Below the pieces are notes generated by a model. It did no database searches. It was given only the letters and a program-made list of their open reading frames with translations, and was not told where the DNA came from. A program made the translations under genes and the position numbers. From positions 5,760,001 through 5,792,000 of the forward strand of contig NZ_LN831039.1 in the NCBI RefSeq assembly GCF_001457595.1: a DNA stretch of 32,000 bases. Direction: 5' to 3'. Numbering within the stretch: position 1 is the stretch's first letter; each line of letters opens with the position of its first letter. Positions 9,459-18,291 of this stretch are shown piece by piece. This DNA is from Mycolicibacterium smegmatis (lineage in GTDB: Bacteria; Actinomycetota; Actinomycetes; Mycobacteriales; Mycobacteriaceae).

Positions 9459-9821
9459 TCATCGGGTGGCCAGCAGGTCGATGACGAAGATGAGCGTCTT
9501 GCCCGAGAGGCGGTGACCGCCGCCCGCGGGACCGTACGCCTGCTCGGGCGGGATGATCAGCTTGCGGCGGCCGCCGACACGCATGCCGGGGATGCCGTCC
9601 TGCCAACCCTGGATCAAGCCGCGCAGCGGGAACTCGATCGACTCACCGCGGTTCCACGAGCTGTCGAACTCCTCGCCGGTGTCGTACTCGACACCGACGT
9701 AGTGAACCTCGACGTTCGCGCCGGCAACCGCCTCGGGACCGTCTCCCACCACCAGATCGGTGATGACCAGTTCCGTCGGGGCGGGTCCGTCCGGAAACTC
9801 GATCTCAGGTTTTGTAGTCAC
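9459..9821 (-). CDS. FKBP-type peptidyl-prolyl cis-trans isomerase
   Basis: TTKPEIEFPDGPAPTELVITDLVVGDG...VEVHYVGVEYDTGEEFDSSWNRGESIEFPLRGLIQGWQDGIPGMRVGGRRKLIIPPEQAYGP. GTG start at 9821 chosen over the longer frame to 9872. Confidence 0.9.
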   Translation of the reverse strand: MTTKPEIEFPDGPAPTELVITDLVVGDGPEAVAGANVEVHYVGVEYDTGEEFDSSWNRGESIEFPLRGLIQGWQDGIPGMRVGGRRKLIIPPEQAYGPAGGGHRLSGKTLIFVIDLLATR

Positions 9822-9852
9822 CGGACCAACCGTAGTCGGGCACACTGGCGGT

Positions 9853-10101
9853 GTGGCAAAAGACCAAGACATCCTCGCCGAAGTTCACCGGTTGGTCGCT
9901 GAAGAGCAGGAGCTGCGCGACAAGCTCCAGCGCAAGGAGATCAGCGAGGACGAGGAACACCAGCGGCTGCAGCACCTCGAAGTCGCGCTCGACCAGTGCT
10001 GGGACCTGTTGCGGCAACGCCGCGCCCTGCGCGAGACCGGACAGGACCCCCGCGAGGCCGAGATCCGTCCGGCCGGCGAGGTCGAGAACTACAAGAACTG
10101 A
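9853..10101 (+). CDS. DUF2630-family small protein
   Basis: VAKDQDILAEVHRLVAEEQELRDKLQRKEISEDEEHQRLQHLEVALDQCWDLLRQRRALRETGQDP. Confidence 0.85.
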   Translation: MAKDQDILAEVHRLVAEEQELRDKLQRKEISEDEEHQRLQHLEVALDQCWDLLRQRRALRETGQDPREAEIRPAGEVENYKN

Positions 10102-10107
10102 CGCGGC

Positions 10108-11667
10108 ATGACCGAACCGCAGTTCGACGCCGTCATCGTCGGCGGCGGGCACAACGGTCTGGTGGCCGCGGCCTATCTGGCCTGTGCCGGGCGCCGGGTC
10201 CGGGTGCTCGAACGCCTCGATCACGTGGGCGGCGCAGCCGTGTCGGCGCATGCCTTCGACGGTGTGGACGCGCGCCTGTCGCGCTACTCGTACCTGGTGA
10301 GCCTGCTGCCCCGCAGCATCGTCGACGACCTGGGCGCCCGCATGCGCCTGGCCCGTCGCCGCTATTCGTCTTACACGCCCGACCCCGCCACAGGCGGGCG
10401 TACCGGCCTGCTGGTCGGGCCGGAGTCGACGTTCGCGGCCATCGGCGCCGCCGACGATGCCGAGAGGTTCGCCGAGTTCTACCGGCGGTGGTCACTGGTC
10501 ACCACGCGGGTCTGGCCGACGCTGCTGCAACCGCTGCGCACCCGCGCGCAGATGCGTGAGCACGTGCTCGCCGGGCAGGGCCCCGAGGCGGCCGCGGCGT
10601 GGGAGGACCTGACCACCCGACCCATCGGCGACGTGATCACGGCCTCGGTGCGCAACGACCTGGTGCGCGGCGTCATGGCCACCGACGCGCTGATCGGCAC
10701 GTTCGCCGCGACCGACGATCCGGCGCTGATCCAGAACGTGTGCTTCCTGTACCACCTGATCGGCGGCGGCACCGGCGACTGGGACGTCCCGATCGGCGGG
10801 ATGGGCGCGGTGACCGGGGCGCTGGCGGCCTCGGCAGCCGGATTCGGCGCCGAAATCGTCACGGGTGCAGAGGTTTACGCCATCACACCGGACGGCGAGG
10901 TGCGCTACCGCCACGGCGGGACCGCGCACCGCATCAGCGCTCACCGCGTGCTGGCCAACGTCACGCCCGTGGTGCTCGCGAAGCTTCTCGGCGAACCCGC
11001 ACCGCAGACCGCGCAGGGTTCGCAGGTGAAGGTCAACCTGATGCTGCGCCGCCTGCCGCGCCTGCGCGACGACACCGTCACGGCCGAGCAGGCGTTCGGC
11101 GGCACGTTCCACATCAACGAGACGCTGCGCCAACTCGATTCGGCCTTCGCGGCCGCGGCCGGTGGACGCGTCCCCGATCCCCTGCCGTGTGAGATCTACT
11201 GCCACTCGCTGACCGATCCGAGCATCCTGTCCGACGACCTGCGCGCGTCCGGCGCGCAGACGCTGACGGTGTTCGGCCTGCACACGCCGCATTCACTCGC
11301 GGCCAACGATCCCGACCGCATGCGCGACCGGTTGACCTCGGCGGTGCTCAACTCGCTGAATTCGGTTCTCGCCGAACCCATTCAGGACGTGCTGATGGAG
11401 GACAGCGCGGGACGGCTGTGCATCGAGGCGAAGACCACGGTGGATCTGGAGCGCAGCCTCGGCATGACCGCGGGCAACATCTTCCACGATGCGCTGCGCT
11501 GGCCGTTCGCCGACGACGACGAACCGCTGGACACCCCGGCGCAACGCTGGGGTGTGGCCACCGGCCACGAGCGGATCCTGTTGTGCGGGTCGGGTTCCCG
11601 CCGCGGTGGTGCGGTGTCGGGCGTCGGTGGCCACAACGCCGCGATGGCGGTGCTCGAACGCGTCTAG
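10108..11667 (+). CDS. FAD-dependent oxidoreductase, phytoene desaturase-like
   Basis: 519 aa; FDAVIVGGGHNGLVAAAYLACAGRRVRVLERLDHVGGAA dinucleotide-binding motif; C-terminal GSGSRRGGAVSGVGGHNAA. Confidence 0.88.
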   Translation: MTEPQFDAVIVGGGHNGLVAAAYLACAGRRVRVLERLDHVGGAAVSAHAFDGVDARLSRYSYLVSLLPRSIVDDLGARMRLARRRYSSYTPDPATGGRTGLLVGPESTFAAIGAADDAERFAEFYRRWSLVTTRVWPTLLQPLRTRAQMREHVLAGQGPEAAAAWEDLTTRPIGDVITASVRNDLVRGVMATDALIGTFAATDDPALIQNVCFLYHLIGGGTGDWDVPIGGMGAVTGALAASAAGFGAEIVTGAEVYAITPDGEVRYRHGGTAHRISAHRVLANVTPVVLAKLLGEPAPQTAQGSQVKVNLMLRRLPRLRDDTVTAEQAFGGTFHINETLRQLDSAFAAAAGGRVPDPLPCEIYCHSLTDPSILSDDLRASGAQTLTVFGLHTPHSLAANDPDRMRDRLTSAVLNSLNSVLAEPIQDVLMEDSAGRLCIEAKTTVDLERSLGMTAGNIFHDALRWPFADDDEPLDTPAQRWGVATGHERILLCGSGSRRGGAVSGVGGHNAAMAVLERV

Positions 11668-12113
11668 CGGCCCGAGACCTTCGACAGGATCGCGTGCAGC
11701 GTCTGCAGGTCCTCGGGGTCGAGCGCCGCGAGAGGTTCGGGTGCCGGATCGTCGACGGCCTCGATCTCCTTCCACAGCGCCAGGCCCGCCTGCGTGATCG
11801 ACACGGTCTTGCAGCGGCGGTTGGCCGGGTCGACCTGACGGGTCACCAGGCCGCGCTCCTCCAGGTCGTTGACGGCGACCGTCGCGGCCGGCGGGTCCAT
11901 GGTGGCCGCGTGCGCGACCTCCTTGACCGACATGGGCCTGCGCGCCAACCGTCGCAACACGCGGATACGGCTGAACGGCAGTCCGCTACGCTCGATCACC
12001 GCGCGCTTCCAGCTGTCGCGGTTGTCGTAGACGATCGCGGTGAGCGCGCGCCACACGTCATCGGCGTGCACGGCGGTCACCGCGGCCGTGTCCTGGGCGA
12101 GTTCACCGGGCAT
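11664..12113 (-). CDS. MarR-family transcriptional regulator
   Basis: LPFSRIRVLRRLARRPMSVKEVAHAATMDPPAATVAVNDLEERGLVTRQVDPANRRCKTVSIT winged helix. Confidence 0.88.
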   Translation of the reverse strand: MPGELAQDTAAVTAVHADDVWRALTAIVYDNRDSWKRAVIERSGLPFSRIRVLRRLARRPMSVKEVAHAATMDPPAATVAVNDLEERGLVTRQVDPANRRCKTVSITQAGLALWKEIEAVDDPAPEPLAALDPEDLQTLHAILSKVSGR

Positions 12114-13560
12114 GGGCCACCTCCGCGGGACGATGGTGCTGACCGATCAAGGGCGCGAGCCGTTCTGCCGAGCGCAGTGCCCACGGTGACGTCGACACGA
12201 TGCCGATCGCGACGATCACCACGCCGAGGGCCGTGCAGATGAGCCACAGCGGACGCGACGCCGCGGCGAAGTCGACGCCGGTGCCTGCGAGCGCGGTCCC
12301 GGCCACCGAACCGCACAGGGCCACACCGATGCTCACGCCGACCTGCCTGCTGGTGGACGCGACGGCCGAGGCCGCGCCCGCGCGGTCGAGCGGCATACCG
12401 CTGACCGCCGCGGTGGTGATCGGCGCGTTGACCAACGCGAACCCGATACCGAACACCGCGAAGATCACCAGCAGCAGCCACACCGGCGTCGTCGCCGTCA
12501 TCTGCGCCAGCATCACCGTCGCGGCCGTGATCAGGACGCCCGCGGACACCAGCGACGGACGGCTGCCGAACCGCCCCACCATGCGGCCCGACAGCGGTGA
12601 GAAGATCAGCGCGCCGATGGCGATCGGCAGGTAGATGAGCCCGGTGAACATCGCGGAGTAGCCCCGCTCGGACTGCAGGTACAGCGACATCATGAACAGG
12701 AACGCGCCGTAGGCCGCGAACGCGCACACCGCGACCAGGGTGGCCGACGCGAACGGCACGCTGCGGAAGAACCGCAGATCGATGAACGGGTCGTGGCGAC
12801 GGGACTCGTAGCGCAGGAACGCCAGGAACGCGACGAGCGCGGTCGCGGCCACCGCCAGCGTGCGCGGGTCGGTCCAGCCCATGCCCGGGCCCTCGATGAG
12901 CACGAACACCACACCGAACAGGAACGCGACGCCGAGGCCCTGGCCCACGGGGTCGACGTCGCGCATCGTCGACGACTTCGACTCCCGCACGAAGATCGCG
13001 GTCAGCAGGATCGCCAGCGCGCAGATCGGCAGGTTGATCCAGAACACCGCGCGCCAGTCGACGTACTCGATCAGGGCGCCGCCGACCAGCGGGCCCAGGG
13101 CCATCGAGATGCCGACGACGCTGCCCCACACGCCGATCGCACGGGCGCGCTCGACCCGGCCGGTGAACACCTGCGTGATGATCGACATGGCCACCGGGTT
13201 GAGCATCGAACCACCGATCGCCTGCAGCAGGCGTGCGGCGATCAACGTCTCGATGTTGGGCGCCACGCTGCACAGCAGCGACGCGACCGCGAACACCGTC
13301 AGACCCAGGTGGAAGGTGCGCCTGCGGCCGAACCGGTCGCCGGTGGCGCCCGCGAGCAGCAGCAGTGATGCGAGCACCAGCGTGTAGACGTCGATGACCC
13401 ATTGCAGTTGCGACGGGGACGCCCCGAGATCGGAGCGGATGCTGGGGATCGCGACGTTGACGATGGTGGCGTCCATCGACACGATCAGCAGGCTCAGGCA
13501 GCACGAGACGAGGATGATCGCCTTGCGCCGCGCGCTGAGCGCGCCGACAGTTTCATTCAT
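12103..13560 (-). CDS. MFS drug exporter, DHA2 (EmrB/QacA) type
   Basis: MNETVGALSARRKAIILVSCCLSLLIVSMDATIVNVAIPSIRSDLGASPSQLQWVIDVYTLVLASLLLLAGATGDRFGRRR; start CAT 13558-13560. Confidence 0.92.
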   Translation of the reverse strand: MNETVGALSARRKAIILVSCCLSLLIVSMDATIVNVAIPSIRSDLGASPSQLQWVIDVYTLVLASLLLLAGATGDRFGRRRTFHLGLTVFAVASLLCSVAPNIETLIAARLLQAIGGSMLNPVAMSIITQVFTGRVERARAIGVWGSVVGISMALGPLVGGALIEYVDWRAVFWINLPICALAILLTAIFVRESKSSTMRDVDPVGQGLGVAFLFGVVFVLIEGPGMGWTDPRTLAVAATALVAFLAFLRYESRRHDPFIDLRFFRSVPFASATLVAVCAFAAYGAFLFMMSLYLQSERGYSAMFTGLIYLPIAIGALIFSPLSGRMVGRFGSRPSLVSAGVLITAATVMLAQMTATTPVWLLLVIFAVFGIGFALVNAPITTAAVSGMPLDRAGAASAVASTSRQVGVSIGVALCGSVAGTALAGTGVDFAAASRPLWLICTALGVVIVAIGIVSTSPWALRSAERLAPLIGQHHRPAEVAHAR

Positions 13561-13581
13561 ACAACGATTGTGAAAGCACAA
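13561..13581. promoter_or_regulatory. Candidate MarR-type operator (acaa-N3-ttgt overlapping ttgtg-N4-cacaa)
   Basis: acaacgattgtgaaagcacaa; perfect ttgtg (13568-13572) / cacaa (13577-13581) arms directly upstream of the MFS start codon. Confidence 0.5.
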
Positions 13582-13617
13582 CTGTTTGCACCGCAAGAGG
13601 CCGGCGAACCGGCATCG

Positions 13618-14097
13618 GTGACAATCGTCACCGTGAACGAACGGAATGCGCGTGTGGCGGCCGCTGTTGCCGCCGCCGGTATCGAACCGGCGATCAGGAT
13701 CCTCGACGCAGACGCCAAGACGGCCGCGGCGGCCGCCGAGCAACTCGGCTGCGAGGTCGGCGCGATCGCCAACAGCCTGGTGTTCGAATGCGACGGCGAA
13801 CCGCTGCTGGTGATGGCCAGCGGCGCGGCGCGCGTCGACACCGACGTGCTGGCGCGGCACCTCGGCGCCGGCGCGATCACCAAGGCGAATCCCAAGCTCG
13901 TGCGCGCGGCCACCGGCCAGGTGATAGGCGGCGTGGCCCCGACCGGGCATCCGCAACTGCTGCGCACCGTCGTCGACGAGACGCTCGCGTCATACCCGGT
14001 GATCTGGACGGCCGCGGGCACGGCCGATTCGGTGATGCCGCTGACCTACGGACAGCTGCTCACCCTCACCGGCGGGAAGGCCCTGCCGGTGAGGTGA
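13618..14097 (+). CDS. YbaK/EbsC-family protein (prolyl-tRNA editing / Cys-tRNA deacylase-like)
   Basis: AKTAAAAAEQLGCEVGAIANSLVFECDGEPLLVMASGAARVDTDVL...ATGQVIGGVAPTGHPQLLRTVVDETLASYPVIWTAAGTADSVMPLT. Start could also be GTG 13633. Confidence 0.87.
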   Translation: MTIVTVNERNARVAAAVAAAGIEPAIRILDADAKTAAAAAEQLGCEVGAIANSLVFECDGEPLLVMASGAARVDTDVLARHLGAGAITKANPKLVRAATGQVIGGVAPTGHPQLLRTVVDETLASYPVIWTAAGTADSVMPLTYGQLLTLTGGKALPVR

Positions 14098-14116
14098 GCG
14101 GTGAGGTGAAACCGGT

Positions 14117-15421
14117 TCAGCGGCCGGCGATGTCGGTGTAGCCGCGCTCGGTGTAGCCGGTGTAGATCTGGCGCGGACGGCCGATCTTGTTGGGCTCGGA
14201 GTGCATCTCACGCCAGTGCGCGATCCAGCCCGGCAGCCGGCCCAGCGCGAACAGCACCGTGAACATGCGCGTCGGGAAGCCCATGGCCCGGTAGATCACG
14301 CCGGTGTAGTAGTCGACGTTCGGGTAGAGCTTGCGCTCGATGAAGAAGTCGTCGGTGAGCGCGATCTCCTCGAGCTGCTTGGCGATGTCCAGCAGCTCGT
14401 CGTCGCCGCCGAGCTTGCCCAGGATCTTGTCGGCCTGCTCCTTGACGATGCGCGCCCGCGGATCGTAGTTCTTGTACACGCGGTGCCCGAAGCCCATGAG
14501 CTTCACGCCGTCCTCGCGGTTTTTGACCTTGCGTACGAAGTCGCTGACGTCGCCGCCCTGCGAGCGGATCTTCTCCAGCATCTCCAGCACGGCCTGGTTG
14601 GCGCCGCCGTGCAGCGGGCCCCACAGCGCGTTGATGCCACCGGAGATCGAGGTGAACAGGTTGGCCTGCGAGCTGCCCACCAGACGCACCGTCGAGGTCG
14701 AGCAGTTCTGCTCGTGATCGGCGTGCAGGATCAACAGCATGTCCAGCGCGCGCACGATCTCCGGGTCGACCTCGTAGGGCTCGGCCGGGAAACCGAACGT
14801 CATCCGCAGGAAGTTCTCCACCAGGCTCAGCGAGTTGTCCGGGTACAGGAACGGCTGGCCCTCGGACTTCTTGTACGCGTACGCCGCGATCGTCGGTAGC
14901 TTGGCCAACAGGCGGATGGTCGACAGCTCGACCTGCTTGTTGTCCAGCGGATCCAGCGAGTCCTGGTAGTACGCCGAGAGCGCGTTGACCGCGCTGGACA
15001 GCACCGGCATGGGGTGCGCGTTGCGCGGGAAACCGTCGAAGAACCGCTTGAGATCCTCGTGCAGCAGCGTGTGCCGCTGGATCTGGTTGGTGAACGTCTC
15101 CAACTGCTCGGCGGTGGGGAGTTCGCCGTAGATCAGCAGATAGCTGACCTCGATGAACGTCGACTTCTCCGCAAGCTGCTCGATCGGGTAGCCGCGATAC
15201 CGCAGGATCCCCGCGTCACCGTCGATGTACGTGATCGCGCTCTTGGTCGAGGCGGTGTTGACGAACCCGCCGTCGTAGGTCGTGTAGCCGGTCTTGGCCA
15301 GCAATGAGCCCAGCGCGATACCGTCAGCGCCCTCGGTGGCATGGACGATCTCCAGATCCAGCTCGCCACCCGGGTACTTGACGGTGGCGTGCTCCTGCCC
15401 ATTCGACGGTTTTTCGGCCAC
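14117..15421 (-). CDS. gltA2: Citrate synthase I (type II, GltA2-like)
   Basis: [106 protein letters not shown]. Start GTG at 15421. Confidence 0.95.
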   Translation of the reverse strand: MAEKPSNGQEHATVKYPGGELDLEIVHATEGADGIALGSLLAKTGYTTYDGGFVNTASTKSAITYIDGDAGILRYRGYPIEQLAEKSTFIEVSYLLIYGELPTAEQLETFTNQIQRHTLLHEDLKRFFDGFPRNAHPMPVLSSAVNALSAYYQDSLDPLDNKQVELSTIRLLAKLPTIAAYAYKKSEGQPFLYPDNSLSLVENFLRMTFGFPAEPYEVDPEIVRALDMLLILHADHEQNCSTSTVRLVGSSQANLFTSISGGINALWGPLHGGANQAVLEMLEKIRSQGGDVSDFVRKVKNREDGVKLMGFGHRVYKNYDPRARIVKEQADKILGKLGGDDELLDIAKQLEEIALTDDFFIERKLYPNVDYYTGVIYRAMGFPTRMFTVLFALGRLPGWIAHWREMHSEPNKIGRPRQIYTGYTERGYTDIAGR

Positions 15422-15464
15422 GGGAATCCCTTCATCCTCGTCGGGAAGTCGTTGGGAACCGACT

Positions 15465-15488
15465 ACTGCTCTAGGTGAGACTGCTCTA
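15465..15488. repeat. Direct repeat actgctcta x2 (15-nt period) in the gltA2 5' region
   Basis: actgctcta at 15465-15473 and at 15480-15488. Confidence 0.6.
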
Positions 15489-15539
15489 CAAAAGGTAGTC
15501 GCATTCACTCCGGCCTGCCCGCGGGGGGTGACCAACTGC

Positions 15540-16181
15540 TCACGCGAACTCGTGCCTGCGGCCGGCCACCTCTAGAAACTCGGCGTATGTCGTGCGCATC
15601 TGGTTGACGATGCGCTCGACGGTCACGGTTGCCCAATCGACGTCGGGGACCAGCTGAACCAGGGCCGTCGTCATGATCGCGTTCCACAGCGACGCGATCA
15701 GCGCGATCTTGCGGTCGTCGGCCGAGACGCCCATGCGCTTGGCGAGGACCTCGAACAGCGGCGCGGGCCGAAAGCCCATCGTGGCCTGCATGAGCGACGG
15801 CGAGGACGTGAAGATGCGCGCCGCGGCCAGCAACCGGTCGTCGGTGAGCTGACCCGGCATCGCGACCCTCGTCTTTTCGAACGCCGTGATGTGCGCACAG
15901 AAGACCGCATCGAGCTCACCGAGCTCGGGCGGCTGCTGCGCGAGTTCACCGGCGACGAGGTCTACGACGTCGTCGAGGAACGCCAGCATCACGGCATCCT
16001 TGGTGGCGAAGTAGCGGCTGAACGTGCGCGCCGAGACCTCCGCGGCCGCCGCGATCTGCTCGACGGTGGTCTGCTCGTACCCCTGCCGGACGCACAGGTC
16101 GATCGCGGCACTGATCAGCGTCGCACGCGTTCGCTGTTTCTTCCGTTCGCGAAGACCCGGTTGCTGCGTCTGGTATGCCAC
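15540..16181 (-). CDS. TetR-family transcriptional regulator
   Basis: LRERKKQRTRATLISAAIDLCVRQGYEQTTVEQIAAAAEVSARTFSRYFATKDAVMLAFLDD. Confidence 0.93.
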   Translation of the reverse strand: MAYQTQQPGLRERKKQRTRATLISAAIDLCVRQGYEQTTVEQIAAAAEVSARTFSRYFATKDAVMLAFLDDVVDLVAGELAQQPPELGELDAVFCAHITAFEKTRVAMPGQLTDDRLLAAARIFTSSPSLMQATMGFRPAPLFEVLAKRMGVSADDRKIALIASLWNAIMTTALVQLVPDVDWATVTVERIVNQMRTTYAEFLEVAGRRHEFA

Positions 16182-16246
16182 GGATGGATGTTAGCGCCAG
16201 AACCGCAGGACCTGTCCAGCATCCAGTGTTCGCAGAAGTTTGCCGA

Positions 16247-17554
16247 TCACACCGAATCGGATTCAACATCCCGTGAAACTCGCGGCTCGGCGACCGTGAC
16301 GCGGTAACGCACGAACGCCGGCACCGCGAGCGCGGCGATCACCACGCCGACGACCACCAGCACCCCGCCGCCTGCGGCCGCGACCGTCGTCCCCACCGCC
16401 GCCGCGGCCGCGCCGTGCAGCGTGTCGGCGAGCCGGGGCCCGCCCGCGACGACGACCGTGAACACACCCTGCAGGCGGCCGCGCAGATCGTCGGATGCCG
16501 CCTGCTGCAGGATCGTCGAACGGAACGCCGCCGACACCATGTCGGCGGCCCCGCCAACGGCCAGGAACGCCAACGCGATCCACAACACCAGCCCGGCGGT
16601 GCCGTGCGCCAGACCACCCGCGATGCCGAAGCCGACCATCGCGACGCCCCACACCACGATCGCGACCACCACCGCGAGGCCCTGGCGCCGCACGCGCGGC
16701 AGCCAGCCCGAGAACACCCCGCCCAGCACCGCGCCCGCCGACATCGCGGCCGCCAGCAGCGCCATCACCGTGCCACCCTCGACCGGTCCGCCGAAGCTCT
16801 CGTGGGCCATTTGGGGGAACAGCGCACGCGGCATCCCGAAGATCATCGCGATGAGGTCGACGACGAACGACATCAGCACCACGCGGTTGCCCGCGAGATA
16901 GCGAAAGCCCTCCAGCACCGCGCCGAAGCCCCATCGCGCGGAACCGCGCTCGGCGTTGCCGACGGGCATGGGGGTGAGCCGGAACGTCGCCCAGATCGGC
17001 GCGAGGCACGTGATCGCGTCGATCAGGTACAGCGTGGACAGATCGACCCAGTTGAGCAGCAACCCGGCCATGAGCGGCCCGACGATCGCGCCGAACTGCA
17101 TCACGGTCATGTTGAGCGAATTCGCCGCGGGCAGTTGCTCACCCGGCACCATGCGCGGGATCGCCGCCGAGCGCGTTGGGCTGTTGATCGCATAGAACGC
17201 CTGCTGCACCGACAGCATCGACAGCACCAGCCACACGTTGTTCAGCGCCAGCGCGGCCTGCGCCCACAGCAGCACCGAGGACACCGCCAGCCCCACCGAC
17301 GCGATGATCAACAGCAGCCTGCGGTCCATCGCGTCGGCCCATGCACCGCCCCACAGGCCGAACACCACCAGCGGCACCAGCGCGAACAGACCCGCCAGAC
17401 CCACATAGGCCGAGTTCTGCGTCAGCGCGTACAGCTGGACCGGCACCGCGAAGATCGTCAGATTGGCGCCGATGACCGTGGGTATGCCTGCCAGCCACAG
17501 ACGCCGGAAATCCGGCGAACGCAGCGGAGTGGTGTCGGCGAAGAACCGTCTCAC
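16247..17554 (-). CDS. MFS transporter (MdtH/enterobactin-exporter-like)
   Basis: TPLRSPDFRRLWLAGIPTVIGANLTIFAVPVQLYALTQNSAYVGLAGLFALVPLVVFGLWGGAWADAMDRRLLL; multiple TM segments. Confidence 0.88.
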   Translation of the reverse strand: MRRFFADTTPLRSPDFRRLWLAGIPTVIGANLTIFAVPVQLYALTQNSAYVGLAGLFALVPLVVFGLWGGAWADAMDRRLLLIIASVGLAVSSVLLWAQAALALNNVWLVLSMLSVQQAFYAINSPTRSAAIPRMVPGEQLPAANSLNMTVMQFGAIVGPLMAGLLLNWVDLSTLYLIDAITCLAPIWATFRLTPMPVGNAERGSARWGFGAVLEGFRYLAGNRVVLMSFVVDLIAMIFGMPRALFPQMAHESFGGPVEGGTVMALLAAAMSAGAVLGGVFSGWLPRVRRQGLAVVVAIVVWGVAMVGFGIAGGLAHGTAGLVLWIALAFLAVGGAADMVSAAFRSTILQQAASDDLRGRLQGVFTVVVAGGPRLADTLHGAAAAAVGTTVAAAGGGVLVVVGVVIAALAVPAFVRYRVTVAEPRVSRDVESDSV

Positions 17555-17557
17555 GCG

Positions 17558-18250
17558 CTAGGGCTGGAGCCGTTCGACACGGCCGCCGGTCACCCGAATG
17601 CGGTTGTGCACGCGGTTCTCGCGGCCCTGCCAGAACTCGACGACCTCGGGGGCGATGCGGTAACCACCCCAGTTGGGCGGCACCGGGACCTCGTCGAGAT
17701 CGGCGAACCGTTCGGTCACCTCTGCCAGTTGCTCGAGCAGCGCCGCGCGTGAGGCGATCGGGCGGGACTGCTGCGACGCCCACGCCCCCAGCTGGGATCC
17801 GCGGGGACGCTTCGACCAGTACTCGGCGGTCTCCTCGGCGGACACCTTGGTCACCGCGCCGCGCACATGGACCTGACGGCCCAGCTGGTACCACGGGAAC
17901 GTCGCCGACGCATACGCATTGACGGCCAGGTGCTCGCCCTTGGCGGAGTCGTAGTTGGTGTAGAAGGTGATGCCGTCTGGGTCCACGCTCTTGCACAACA
18001 CCGAGCGCGTCACAGGCCTTCCGTCGGCGTCGACGGTGCCGACCACCATGGCGTTGGCGTCGGGCAGGCCGGCCTTCCAGGCGTCGTTGATCCACGTCTG
18101 GAGCAACGTCAGCCAGCCGGTCGCCGGGTCGTCGCCGAGCCAGTCGACGTCGAGATCACCGCAACCGTCCTTCTCGACGTACTCGACGCGCATGGTCGCC
18201 AGATCAAAGTTTTCCGGCGCTGAACCCGCCGGATCGTCCGGTATCCCCAC
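17558..18250 (-). CDS. pdxH: Pyridoxamine 5'-phosphate oxidase
   Basis: [101 protein letters not shown]...[13 protein letters not shown]. Start may be GTG 18250 or ATG 18193. Confidence 0.93.
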   Translation of the reverse strand: MGIPDDPAGSAPENFDLATMRVEYVEKDGCGDLDVDWLGDDPATGWLTLLQTWINDAWKAGLPDANAMVVGTVDADGRPVTRSVLCKSVDPDGITFYTNYDSAKGEHLAVNAYASATFPWYQLGRQVHVRGAVTKVSAEETAEYWSKRPRGSQLGAWASQQSRPIASRAALLEQLAEVTERFADLDEVPVPPNWGGYRIAPEVVEFWQGRENRVHNRIRVTGGRVERLQP

Positions 18251-18291
18251 CGCGACAACGCTACCCCTGGCCCAGGTGCGAGAATCGGCGC

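Noticed and set aside
13600-13613. gccgg-cgaa-ccggc hairpin just upstream of the YbaK-like start
   Set aside because: Only 5 bp of stem, expected by chance in GC-rich DNA; not listed as a finding.
16415-17752. 445-aa plus-strand ORF antisense to the MFS gene
   Set aside because: No recognisable domain; His/Arg/Gln-rich shadow frame.
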